Below, in pieces: positions 29,665 to 38,044 of a stretch of DNA of 64,000 bases. The notes under the pieces are model-generated. The model was not told the origin of the DNA, did no database searches, and saw nothing but the letters and a program-made list of their open reading frames with translations. Every line of letters begins with the position of its first letter. Positions within the stretch are counted from its first letter, which is position 1. The stretch is from an uncultured Candidatus Saccharibacteria bacterium (GTDB lineage Bacteria; Patescibacteriota; Andersenbacteria; UBA10190). The translations under genes were made by a program, and so were the position numbers. The stretch covers positions 588,977-652,976 of the forward strand of contig CAZSUC010000001.1 of assembly GCA_964610055.1 (NCBI GenBank), given 5' to 3'.

Positions 29665-31620
29665 CTAAAGTTGGTATGCAATATCACCTGACTTAGCGAC
29701 CGGCTCTGTCTCTCCTTTGCGTTGCAAAAACATATTACCGGGACGTAGATCTTCATCAATGTACCGGACAGTTACTGCGTTTCCGGCTGTCCCGTCAGGA
29801 CTGGTAATAGCCACGTAAAATTCATGTCCCGCCGCTTCTGTAATCGGATCAAACTCAAAGCGCTTCCATTCGTTGTCTATAATTTCACTGGCATTCACTG
29901 TCACTCGTCGCAACGCGGTTGCCGAATCTGGCCGCTCCTTAATTTCCAACACGACTTCCGCTGTATTATTTCGACTCGAAAAAGTCGCAAACCCAATTTC
30001 GACCGCATTCCAATTATCCTGCTCGGGCTGCACAGTTTGCCCCACTTCCATTCCGCTCGTTAACTCGCCTACATGCTTCGTGAAATATCCAACTGTCATT
30101 GTCTCGTAAATCCAGGCATAAGGCACACCATGTATTGAAACAGTATGTACTGGCGTCTTGTCTTTCACTTCATCTAAAACGTTACTCGCTTGATCATCCA
30201 GAGCTCTTCCCCCCATATTACGATAAGTAATAATGTAACCTACTCGATAATCGTCTCTCGCACTTAAGCTAAATACTTTTCCCTGAAAATACGGCCGCAT
30301 CACGTTCGGATACCAAGAAGCAACTGTTAATTTGTCTCCCAACGGATTTTCATTCAACCAATCAGCCGCTAAATCTAACCCTTCCCCCCACCCCTGCTGA
30401 CTCAAAGAACGCACATTAGGAAATATCGGATTATTATACGCAATCGCATACGGCGCCCACCGCCACCATGTCACTCCCGCTAATATAACTACCAACCCAA
30501 TCAGAATTAATTTATCTCGCTTCTTACTGTGCCACCACGTCATCCCTTGCGCTAACATCCAACCTGATAGAATAGGCCCTATAACCAATGCCGGCATTGC
30601 GTAACGATCCCCTTTCTTAGCCGCCAACGAAATCAATACTAGAAAACCAACAGCATACACAATCATCCAAACCATTGTCTGCGCTCCTTTATCTCGTCGT
30701 TTAACCGCCGCATATAACACATAAACCACAGCCGCTATACTCAAAATTTGTACCCACGGAGTTACTCTCCCTAAAACTGTTCGCACATAAAACGAGGCTG
30801 GCGAAATAGGCTCATCTGATATTTCTAACGCCACATGCTCATCCTCTAAAACCGTCTGCGTATCTTTAGCAATATATCCTAATTGAAAATCCTTCCGAGT
30901 TAACATTGTCGGCCATAAAATTACCAAGACCACCACCGCTATTACGCCCCACATTGCCATTTCACCTAAAACTCGCTTCCAATTCTTCCCTCGCTCCCAA
31001 TACAAATCAATCATCCACATTAAACCAGCAACTGGCCCCAACCAAAATGCTAATACCATTTTTACTCCTAACGCCGCCCCCGCAAAAACTGCGCTAGTAA
31101 TCAAATAACCAGTCTTACGCCGTCGTCGAAACTGAATAAACCACAACAAAGACGTTAACATCAGCATCGCTTGTAACATATCCAAATGCGCCACCATACT
31201 CATCCCTACTACATACGGCTCCAACGCCAACATTATTCCTGCCAACCACGCCATCTCTTTTCCCCAGATCTGACTTAATAGATACGCCACTAATCCAATC
31301 AGACCTGACACAACTATCGCAACTGGCACAGTCGCTGCTTTTCTAAAGCCAATCACATTATTGTCATCTAATTCCACTCCGCTTATTTTTTCTTTTACCA
31401 CAATTCCCGCTCCCATGATCCACATTCCCGTTGCACCCGGATGACTCGTTAAGAATGTCCCGCTAATATCACCAGCGGCTAACTTAGCGTAAAACTCATT
31501 ACTTCGCATCATCCAGTTTTCTTCATCGGCCGTCATAAACGATCCAATCCCAACCAATCGCACACTTATCGCTAGCATCCCGATTACAATCCCAATTATA
31601 ATGTCTTTTACTTTTATCAT
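29665..31620 (-). CDS. GT-C glycosyltransferase, PMT_2/GT39-like, with a C-terminal extracytoplasmic beta-domain
   Basis: MTADEENWMMRS...TSHPGATGMWIMG first-loop motif. Paralogous to 40168-41676 at both ends (LTVASWYP...ITYRNMGGR). The C-terminal domain RFEFDPI..AITSP..GNAVTV recurs in 41673-44324. Confidence 0.65.
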   Translation of the reverse strand: MIKVKDIIIGIVIGMLAISVRLVGIGSFMTADEENWMMRSNEFYAKLAAGDISGTFLTSHPGATGMWIMGAGIVVKEKISGVELDDNNVIGFRKAATVPVAIVVSGLIGLVAYLLSQIWGKEMAWLAGIMLALEPYVVGMSMVAHLDMLQAMLMLTSLLWFIQFRRRRKTGYLITSAVFAGAALGVKMVLAFWLGPVAGLMWMIDLYWERGKNWKRVLGEMAMWGVIAVVVLVILWPTMLTRKDFQLGYIAKDTQTVLEDEHVALEISDEPISPASFYVRTVLGRVTPWVQILSIAAVVYVLYAAVKRRDKGAQTMVWMIVYAVGFLVLISLAAKKGDRYAMPALVIGPILSGWMLAQGMTWWHSKKRDKLILIGLVVILAGVTWWRWAPYAIAYNNPIFPNVRSLSQQGWGEGLDLAADWLNENPLGDKLTVASWYPNVMRPYFQGKVFSLSARDDYRVGYIITYRNMGGRALDDQASNVLDEVKDKTPVHTVSIHGVPYAWIYETMTVGYFTKHVGELTSGMEVGQTVQPEQDNWNAVEIGFATFSSRNNTAEVVLEIKERPDSATALRRVTVNASEIIDNEWKRFEFDPITEAAGHEFYVAITSPDGTAGNAVTVRYIDEDLRPGNMFLQRKGETEPVAKSGDIAYQL

Positions 31621-31659
31621 GCATTACTTATAGTACAATAATTCTAATTAATAAACCGA

Positions 31660-33930
31660 ATGTCGCCTTTTTCTCGTCCTTACTTTGCCTTATTAATTGT
31701 TAGCGCTTTAGCGCTCTGGCCGCTTTTTTTCGGCCGTTTTTACGGTATTGGCGATACACGCTCCGTTTATATTCCCATCGAGCATTTTTTTGCTGAGCAA
31801 CAACGGCACTTTAATTTACCGGCCTGGATGCCAGACACTGCTTGGGGTTTTCCGGTAATTGCTTCTGCTCAAATCGGTTTCTTTTATCCGCCTCTTTTAC
31901 TGACACGCTTCTTACCTATCTTTATTTACCTGCCGTTATTACTCTGGCTCCACATCTTTTTTCTCGGTATCGGCGCCTATCGTTTGGCCCGAACCCTAAA
32001 TATTAGTCAAAACGGCGCCCTGATTACCGCCCTATCCATTGCTCTTAACGCCTTTCTTTGGCAGCACTTAACCCACCTAAACATTATTTTTGCTTTGGCT
32101 TGGTTTCCTTGGCAATTACTCGCCGCTCATTACTTAGCCAGATCACATCGACCTAATTTCAAACAATTTGCCGGCTTAGTTTTCACTTTAGGCCTCCCGT
32201 TTTTAGCTGGCCAACTTCAAGTTCCTTTTCTCACCGCTCTTTTCTCTACCATTTATTATTTCGTTTCTTTACCCAAAAAGCCTTTCCCCTCTCGACATCT
32301 CCTCATTTTCCTCGGCGCAACTCTTTTGACTATTACTCTCACCGCCGTCCAAACATTTCCCACCCTAGAGCTCACATTCCTTTCCAGCCGTGGATCAACT
32401 AATGAATTTTCTTTGGAACGAGCTAATCAACATAGTTTTCCTATTTATCATCTACCCACCTTACTTTTTCCACGCTTTTTCGGCTCAGATAATACTTATT
32501 GGGGGAAACGTATTGAAATAGAATACGGCTTTTTCTTCGGCGTCATTCCGCTATGCCTCAGCTTTATTGCTATATTCAACAAATCACGTCGTTACCGTTT
32601 CTGGATTATCAGCGGCTTCATAGCTTTTCTGTTAAGCCTGGGCGAATTTTCTCCTTTTCGCTTAGTTGGCTTAGAGCCATCGCTCTGGTACTTTTCTGCT
32701 CCCGCCCGTTGGCTATTCTTCACCGTTTTTTCTGGATCAATCCTTGCTGGTTTTGGTTATGATCTTTTGCCTAATATCTCACCTCGTTACCTGCGCATCC
32801 TTAAATCAACTATTGTAACCATATTAAGCTGCGTCATTTTATATAATCTCGTCCTTTGGCTCTTGCCGGAAAATTTTGCTTCTTATGTTCTAACCTGGTT
32901 GCAATCACAAAATCTCACCGGCGCTCGCGATTCAGCCTATTATTTAGATAAGATTAATTCCTTACTCTCCTCTGCAAAACACACGGGCTTATCACTTGCT
33001 TCGCCATATACTTACATCACTCTCATTCCTTTGCTCGCCATTCCATGGCTCTTCCAAAAACATCACTCGTGGCTTATTCCTCTCACAGCTATTGAACTCA
33101 TCTTAATTGCCAGTACGGCCAATCCAAGTGTTACTTGGTCCAATATTCTAACTCCTCCTGCCAGCATCTCTGCCCTTCCTCAAAGTGTTACCAGCGATCA
33201 CGCTCGCATCATTTCAATCTCAGCTCCCGGCGATACAGGGCTTTGGCTAACTAACCCTGAAACCCGTGCCGATACCGCTCGTCGCGAACAATATCGTCAA
33301 CAACTCGAACCACTCACTCACTCACTTTTTAATCTTGCCGGTTCTCAATGGCCCGCCTCGCTGGATCTACAATCTCAGGCACATACTTTAGAAAATTTAC
33401 TCGAATCACGCCAAGATCAACTATACATTGATTCTGACAAAGCCGCTGCTCTCAATATCGGTGCTGCCTTAATTGCCAACGAAGCTCCCCACACTGTTTC
33501 AGAAGTACTACCCCAAAATATTGCACCGAATATCTTCTTGTATTCCTTCTCTCCTCAACCTCGCGCTTCTCTTTTAACTGAAGACCAAACCGAATTAGCG
33601 CTTCCATACGACAACACTAATCCTAATCACCAAACTTATACCCTCTCATCATCTACTCCCGCGACCCTTATTATTCGCGACACCTGGTACCCTGGTTGGC
33701 AAGCCACACTTGACGACCAACCCGTTAACATTGATACCTATAACAATATTTTCCGTTCTGTTTCGGTTCCCTCCGGATCACATACCGTTTCTTTCACCTA
33801 TCATCCTACTTGGCTTTATTACGGTCTAGCTATTTCGCTTACCACTCTTGGTTTTCTAATATTTGTGCTGATGTACAATAATCATATCTACACTGTTCCC
33901 TTTATTTTAAGGAGGAAGACCATTGGCTGA
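31660..33930 (+). CDS. YfhO-family membrane protein
   Basis: 756 aa. The N-terminal region is paralogous to 23569-26346 (GIGDTRSVYIPIEHFFAEQQ...NLPAWMPDTAWGFPVIA versus LDDLKLFYYPIETIYAEFQ...HLPLWSNVFGFGHPLLA). Confidence 0.7.
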   Translation: MSPFSRPYFALLIVSALALWPLFFGRFYGIGDTRSVYIPIEHFFAEQQRHFNLPAWMPDTAWGFPVIASAQIGFFYPPLLLTRFLPIFIYLPLLLWLHIFFLGIGAYRLARTLNISQNGALITALSIALNAFLWQHLTHLNIIFALAWFPWQLLAAHYLARSHRPNFKQFAGLVFTLGLPFLAGQLQVPFLTALFSTIYYFVSLPKKPFPSRHLLIFLGATLLTITLTAVQTFPTLELTFLSSRGSTNEFSLERANQHSFPIYHLPTLLFPRFFGSDNTYWGKRIEIEYGFFFGVIPLCLSFIAIFNKSRRYRFWIISGFIAFLLSLGEFSPFRLVGLEPSLWYFSAPARWLFFTVFSGSILAGFGYDLLPNISPRYLRILKSTIVTILSCVILYNLVLWLLPENFASYVLTWLQSQNLTGARDSAYYLDKINSLLSSAKHTGLSLASPYTYITLIPLLAIPWLFQKHHSWLIPLTAIELILIASTANPSVTWSNILTPPASISALPQSVTSDHARIISISAPGDTGLWLTNPETRADTARREQYRQQLEPLTHSLFNLAGSQWPASLDLQSQAHTLENLLESRQDQLYIDSDKAAALNIGAALIANEAPHTVSEVLPQNIAPNIFLYSFSPQPRASLLTEDQTELALPYDNTNPNHQTYTLSSSTPATLIIRDTWYPGWQATLDDQPVNIDTYNNIFRSVSVPSGSHTVSFTYHPTWLYYGLAISLTTLGFLIFVLMYNNHIYTVPFILRRKTIG

Positions 33931-34126
33931 TGACAAAGACCAAGACGAACGAAACCGACGACTTACAGAAGCCCTTGCGCCGTTAGGGCGAGGCGAGCTT
34001 CCTGACGGTACACCCATTGACCTAGCCGCCATCTCTGAACGTGCAAATCGGAAAGCCTGGATTTTTGCGCGCCGGCTTAGAGATAGCGCAGTACGTGACA
34101 ACCGCCGATACAAGGGTCAACACTAG
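33923..34126 (+). CDS. Small basic hypothetical protein, TTG start (paralog 1)
   Basis: TTG at 33923 lies 8 nt after AGGAGG. The 67-aa product shares ERNR(R/Q)LT.AL.PL...DL.AI... and a C-terminal YKG with the ORF at 34285. A strong intrinsic terminator follows. Confidence 0.55.
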   Translation: MADDKDQDERNRRLTEALAPLGRGELPDGTPIDLAAISERANRKAWIFARRLRDSAVRDNRRYKGQH

Positions 34127-34141
34127 CCCACCTCCTTACGT

Positions 34142-34169
34142 CCCGTGCCACATCGGCACGGGCTTTTTT
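34142..34169 (+). terminator. Rho-independent terminator after small paralog 1
   Basis: CCCGTGCC-ACATC-GGCACGGG 8-bp GC-rich stem followed by C+TTTTTT. Confidence 0.75.
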
Positions 34170-34284
34170 ACAATTTATTCCGTCCCAGTCTCTCATACCG
34201 GTATAAAATTTCTACTTTTGTAGATCGATATAGTATATTAACTTTATCTTTTGTTCCCTTCACTTTTAGTAGGAGGATAAACCG

Positions 34285-34476
34285 TTGGATAATGAAAACG
34301 AACGAAACCGACAACTTACCGTGGCTCTCAATCCATTAAGGACAGGTCTATCATTATCTGACCTCTCCGCAATCGCTGACCATGCCACAGACGACGCCAT
34401 GTCGCATGCCAAAGCAGTTCGTTCAGGAACAGCAAGGACCAGAGCTAAACACAGGTTAGGCCCATACAAAGGCTGA
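34285..34476 (+). CDS. Small basic hypothetical protein, TTG start (paralog 2)
   Basis: Same SD and TTG context as 33923 (AGGAGGATAAACCGTTGGAT). 63 aa, with protein-level similarity to paralog 1. Confidence 0.55.
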   Translation: MDNENERNRQLTVALNPLRTGLSLSDLSAIADHATDDAMSHAKAVRSGTARTRAKHRLGPYKG

Positions 34477-34509
34477 CCTTTGCGCACCATCACAGTCAGG
34501 AGAATTTTC

Positions 34510-34788
34510 ATGGCAGCAGAAACTTATCATTTCATCCTTTTAGGAAGCCCTCTCTCACGAACAGACTTCCTTAATCCGCTTAAAAGGCGGATACAATTCG
34601 ACATGGGCAAGACAGCTCTCGCTCAAGTCCCAGGCATACGTTTCGGTACCGAATTTCCTATTGCTTGCGCCGTAACCATCACCTGCCCGCGAGAATCACT
34701 GCCAGAACTCCACCGGATCATGACTGAACACAGTTTTCAAGAAGGTAGCCAGGAGATTTCAATCAAAACAGCCAGAGAAATCGCCTAA
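34510..34788 (+). CDS. Hypothetical protein
   Basis: 92-aa ORF from an ATG with an AGGAGA SD 7 nt upstream. Followed by a hairpin plus T-run. Confidence 0.45.
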   Translation: MAAETYHFILLGSPLSRTDFLNPLKRRIQFDMGKTALAQVPGIRFGTEFPIACAVTITCPRESLPELHRIMTEHSFQEGSQEISIKTAREIA

Positions 34789-34814
34789 CACACCTCCTCC
34801 TTCATCATCCTACT

Positions 34815-34841
34815 CCACCAAGCCAGTCTTGGTGGATTTTT
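34815..34841 (+). terminator. Rho-independent terminator between the convergent 34510 (+) and 34840 (-) genes
   Basis: CCACCAAG-CCAGT-CTTGGTGG 8-bp stem followed by ATTTTT. Confidence 0.65.
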
Positions 34842-36135
34842 ATATCCACATCCTATCAATCAATTCTCGCGGTTGTCCGTACCGTAATCGATTTACCGCC
34901 TGCACCTCTACCTTCCCTATAGCCGTTTCTAAACTTAACGGCGGCAAACTCTGCCCCCGAAATGCTCGGTACGTAATTCCGGCCTGAGTCAGACGGATAA
35001 AAAAGTGATATGGCGGCAAGTCCTGAAAATCCTCCACTTGAATCGCCTGCCCCTTATCCCACGATGTTTGCTGAAAGGCCGGCAGTAACGCTTCCGCATC
35101 ATTTGCCCCTATTTGAAAAGCCACCAACGTTCCTACATTACCCAACACCGCCTCTCGCACCTCGTCAGTTAATTGCGCCACATACTGATTAGTTAAATGC
35201 ACAGCTAATCCGTACTTGCGCGCTTCCGACAACATAGAAATGAATGTTTCCGTCATCACATTCTGAAATTCATCGACGTATAAATAAAAGGGAACCCTGT
35301 CTTCGACCGGCATATCGGCACGACGCATTATCGCCGCCTGTAACTTTGCCATCAAAATCAATCCCAACATATATGAATTTAATTCTCCCAGTCTTCCTTT
35401 AGACAAATTCACAATCAAAATTTTGCCATGATTCACAATCTCATCAAACGCCAAAGCATTGCGCTTCTGACCGATGATATTGCGCATCGTCGTATTTGTC
35501 ATAAAGCGACCAAACTTGGAAGTAAAATAATTCAACATTTCCGAGCGATGAAACTGCGCGGTTTTTGCCATCTGCTCTTCCCAAAATGACAATACGACCC
35601 GATCTCGCACATGGCGACGTTTTTCTTGCTCAAATTTTTCATCCGTAAATAAGCGCGGAATCTCAATCAAAGTTCCGCCCGCCGGATCGGCCATAACTGT
35701 TAAAGCCGCATTTCGCATCCAGTGTTCAAACTGCGGCCCAATAATTCCCTGCTGATCCGGATCAAATAGTTTATAAAATATCTGAATCGCCTCGGCCACC
35801 AAAAAATCTTTCTCACTTTCAGTTTTACCATCCAATAAGTTCAAGCCTAATGGCCATTCCGTATCAGCCGGATCAAACAACACTACATCATCCAACCGCT
35901 CCGCCGGAATATTATTTAACAGCCAATCGCACACTTCTCCATGCGGATCAACAAAACAACACCCCGCCCCAGCCTGAATATCCTGCAAAATCATATTTTG
36001 ATACAAAGTCGATTTACCCGTCCCAGTTTTTCCAATGCAATACATATGTCGCATCCGATCTTGCGGTGCTGTTTGAATACTGCGCATTTGATTGCGAAAT
36101 TCAGCGTGTCCAATTACATTCATTCTTTCTGTCAT
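34840..36135 (-). CDS. Soluble VirD4/TraD/TraG-like P-loop ATPase (FtsK-HerA superfamily, type IV coupling-protein-like)
   Basis: Walker A CIGKTGTGKST, downstream FVDPHGE (DPxGE motif) and Walker B FYLYVDEFQNV. No N-terminal TM segment. Terminal gene of a 4-gene minus-strand operon. Confidence 0.65.
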   Translation of the reverse strand: MTERMNVIGHAEFRNQMRSIQTAPQDRMRHMYCIGKTGTGKSTLYQNMILQDIQAGAGCCFVDPHGEVCDWLLNNIPAERLDDVVLFDPADTEWPLGLNLLDGKTESEKDFLVAEAIQIFYKLFDPDQQGIIGPQFEHWMRNAALTVMADPAGGTLIEIPRLFTDEKFEQEKRRHVRDRVVLSFWEEQMAKTAQFHRSEMLNYFTSKFGRFMTNTTMRNIIGQKRNALAFDEIVNHGKILIVNLSKGRLGELNSYMLGLILMAKLQAAIMRRADMPVEDRVPFYLYVDEFQNVMTETFISMLSEARKYGLAVHLTNQYVAQLTDEVREAVLGNVGTLVAFQIGANDAEALLPAFQQTSWDKGQAIQVEDFQDLPPYHFFIRLTQAGITYRAFRGQSLPPLSLETAIGKVEVQAVNRLRYGQPRELIDRMWI

Positions 36136-36136
36136 T

Positions 36137-36361
36137 TCAGCTCCTTTCTACCATTGTAAAATAATTAGCCGGAATAGGACGTGGCGGCAATCCCGGTCGC
36201 ATCACCATAACTACTTTTGTTTCCACCTTAGCTTCAGACGTAATCTTCACTGTCCGCCGCCATGCTTCCAAACGGTTTTTAATTACTCTCTGCGTTTCTA
36301 TTGGCAGCCAATGCTTAATTCGCTCATACTCCTCTTCTACTTTGTGTAATTTTGCTATCAT
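36137..36361 (-). CDS. Small hypothetical protein, translationally coupled
   Basis: Start taken at the ATG in an ATGA overlap with the Clp-like gene stop (MIAKLHKVEEEYERIK...). 74 aa. Its stop is 1 nt before the downstream ATG. Confidence 0.45.
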   Translation of the reverse strand: MIAKLHKVEEEYERIKHWLPIETQRVIKNRLEAWRRTVKITSEAKVETKVVMVMRPGLPPRPIPANYFTMVERS

Positions 36362-38043
36362 ATTGTTTCTTTCATCATCCATTGCCCGATCGCTGATTCC
36401 GCCGTTTGTTCTAGCCATCTTTTCAACGGCCTAACCCCGAACCGCGGATCATATTTCTGCTCAATGTGTTGTCTAATCATATTATCCGACATCGACAAAT
36501 TAACTCCCAAATGACTGAATCGTCTTTCAATCTTCTGTAGTTCCAACCGTCCGATCATCACTAAAGTTTCCGGCGCAAACGGAGCAAAAACAGCAATTCC
36601 CTCAAACCGATTCAAAAACTCCCACCGAAAATATTTAGTCAGCAATGGCAACATCCGCCGACTTAACCATTCCGCACTTGTTACATCCTCTCCTGCCTGC
36701 CAATCAGTCACAATTTCACTTATCCCTATATTCGAAGTCGCCACAATCACGGTTTTCCGGAAATCGATTGTTCGTCCTTGCCCATCAGTTAAACGCCCAT
36801 CTTCTAACACTTGTAAAAAAATATCAAACACCGCTTTATCGGCTTTTTCAATTTCATCCAATAAAACTAACGAATATGGCCTTTGTTGTACTGGATTAGT
36901 TAATTGACCACCACTCTCATACCCAACATAACCAGGTGGCGCACCAATTAAACGCTGTACATTATGTGCTTCCTGGTATTCCGACATATCAACCCTTACC
37001 ATCGCCTTATCTCCGCCGTACAATTCTCGCGCCAACACACGCGCCACCTCTGTTTTACCGACTCCGGATGGACCTAAAAACAAAAATGAACCCAATGGTC
37101 GATCCGGATTCTTCAATCCTAACCATGACCTTTCGATTACTTTTGTTACCATATTTACTGCTTGATCCTGACCAATGACCTGCGCTGCTAATCTACCCCC
37201 CAACCCAGCAATGGCCTTCCTATCTCGCGTTTGAACTTTTATTGTCGACATCCCCAACTTATCACTCAAAACCCGCTGCGCATCTTCATATGCCACAATC
37301 CTCCGCCCCTGCACCACCGCCTCCGCTCCAATGTCATCTAAAAACCTAATTGCCCGTTCGGGCATCGCTAAGCTCGCTGGTAACTGACTCGCTAAATCAT
37401 AGATTGCTTCCGGCATATTAGCAGCCATCTTAATATTATGTTTGAATCCAAAATAAGCGGCGCGATCTCTTAAAATTTCCACCACATCTGCTTTTCCTAA
37501 TTCATCTAATCGAATCCATTCGAACTCACGTACATACTTCGGATAATTTTCCTTAAATTTTATTTCTCCTTCTAACGACAACGCTAACACTAATCTATGC
37601 CTCTGTTTCTGCCAAAACTTACTCCACACATCCGCCATCTGCGCTGTATTCATCACATACTCCAACAGCACCTCTGCCTTATCAATCACCAAAATACAGG
37701 CTGGTAGCGCTCCTAGTGCTTCTCCGTAAAGCCGTAATTTCGCGGCCGGATCATGCGCTCGATTCATTTTTTCCTGCCACCATTTCAAATCTAACTCCAG
37801 AATTGGTGTTTGAATTATCCCCTGCAAACTGCCTTTGACCGCCGCCTGCGCCAACCCTCTCAACAACGCTGTTTTGCCTACTCCTTCTCCTCCTGTCACC
37901 ACCACGTTATTCATTTGATCACGCTCAAATACTCGCGCCATCAAACTCAACTCTCGCTCCCGACCTCTCACTGGCCACTGACGAACTTGAGTAGCCTCTC
38001 GCACTAAATCAATTATATGTATTGTTTCTAATCGCTCAGGCAT
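36358..38043 (-). CDS. Clp/Hsp100-family double AAA+ ATPase (ClpB/ClpA-like, lacking N- and M-domains)
   Basis: D1 Walker A VVVTGGEGVGKTAL with a degenerate D1 Walker B (ILVIDKAE). D2 Walker A FLFLGPSGVGKTEVAR, Walker B LVLLDEIEKA, and sensor FLQVLEDGRLTDGQGRTIDFRKTVIVATSNIG, all characteristic of ClpB D2. Confidence 0.75.
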   Translation of the reverse strand: MPERLETIHIIDLVREATQVRQWPVRGRERELSLMARVFERDQMNNVVVTGGEGVGKTALLRGLAQAAVKGSLQGIIQTPILELDLKWWQEKMNRAHDPAAKLRLYGEALGALPACILVIDKAEVLLEYVMNTAQMADVWSKFWQKQRHRLVLALSLEGEIKFKENYPKYVREFEWIRLDELGKADVVEILRDRAAYFGFKHNIKMAANMPEAIYDLASQLPASLAMPERAIRFLDDIGAEAVVQGRRIVAYEDAQRVLSDKLGMSTIKVQTRDRKAIAGLGGRLAAQVIGQDQAVNMVTKVIERSWLGLKNPDRPLGSFLFLGPSGVGKTEVARVLARELYGGDKAMVRVDMSEYQEAHNVQRLIGAPPGYVGYESGGQLTNPVQQRPYSLVLLDEIEKADKAVFDIFLQVLEDGRLTDGQGRTIDFRKTVIVATSNIGISEIVTDWQAGEDVTSAEWLSRRMLPLLTKYFRWEFLNRFEGIAVFAPFAPETLVMIGRLELQKIERRFSHLGVNLSMSDNMIRQHIEQKYDPRFGVRPLKRWLEQTAESAIGQWMMKETI

Positions 38044-38044
38044 A

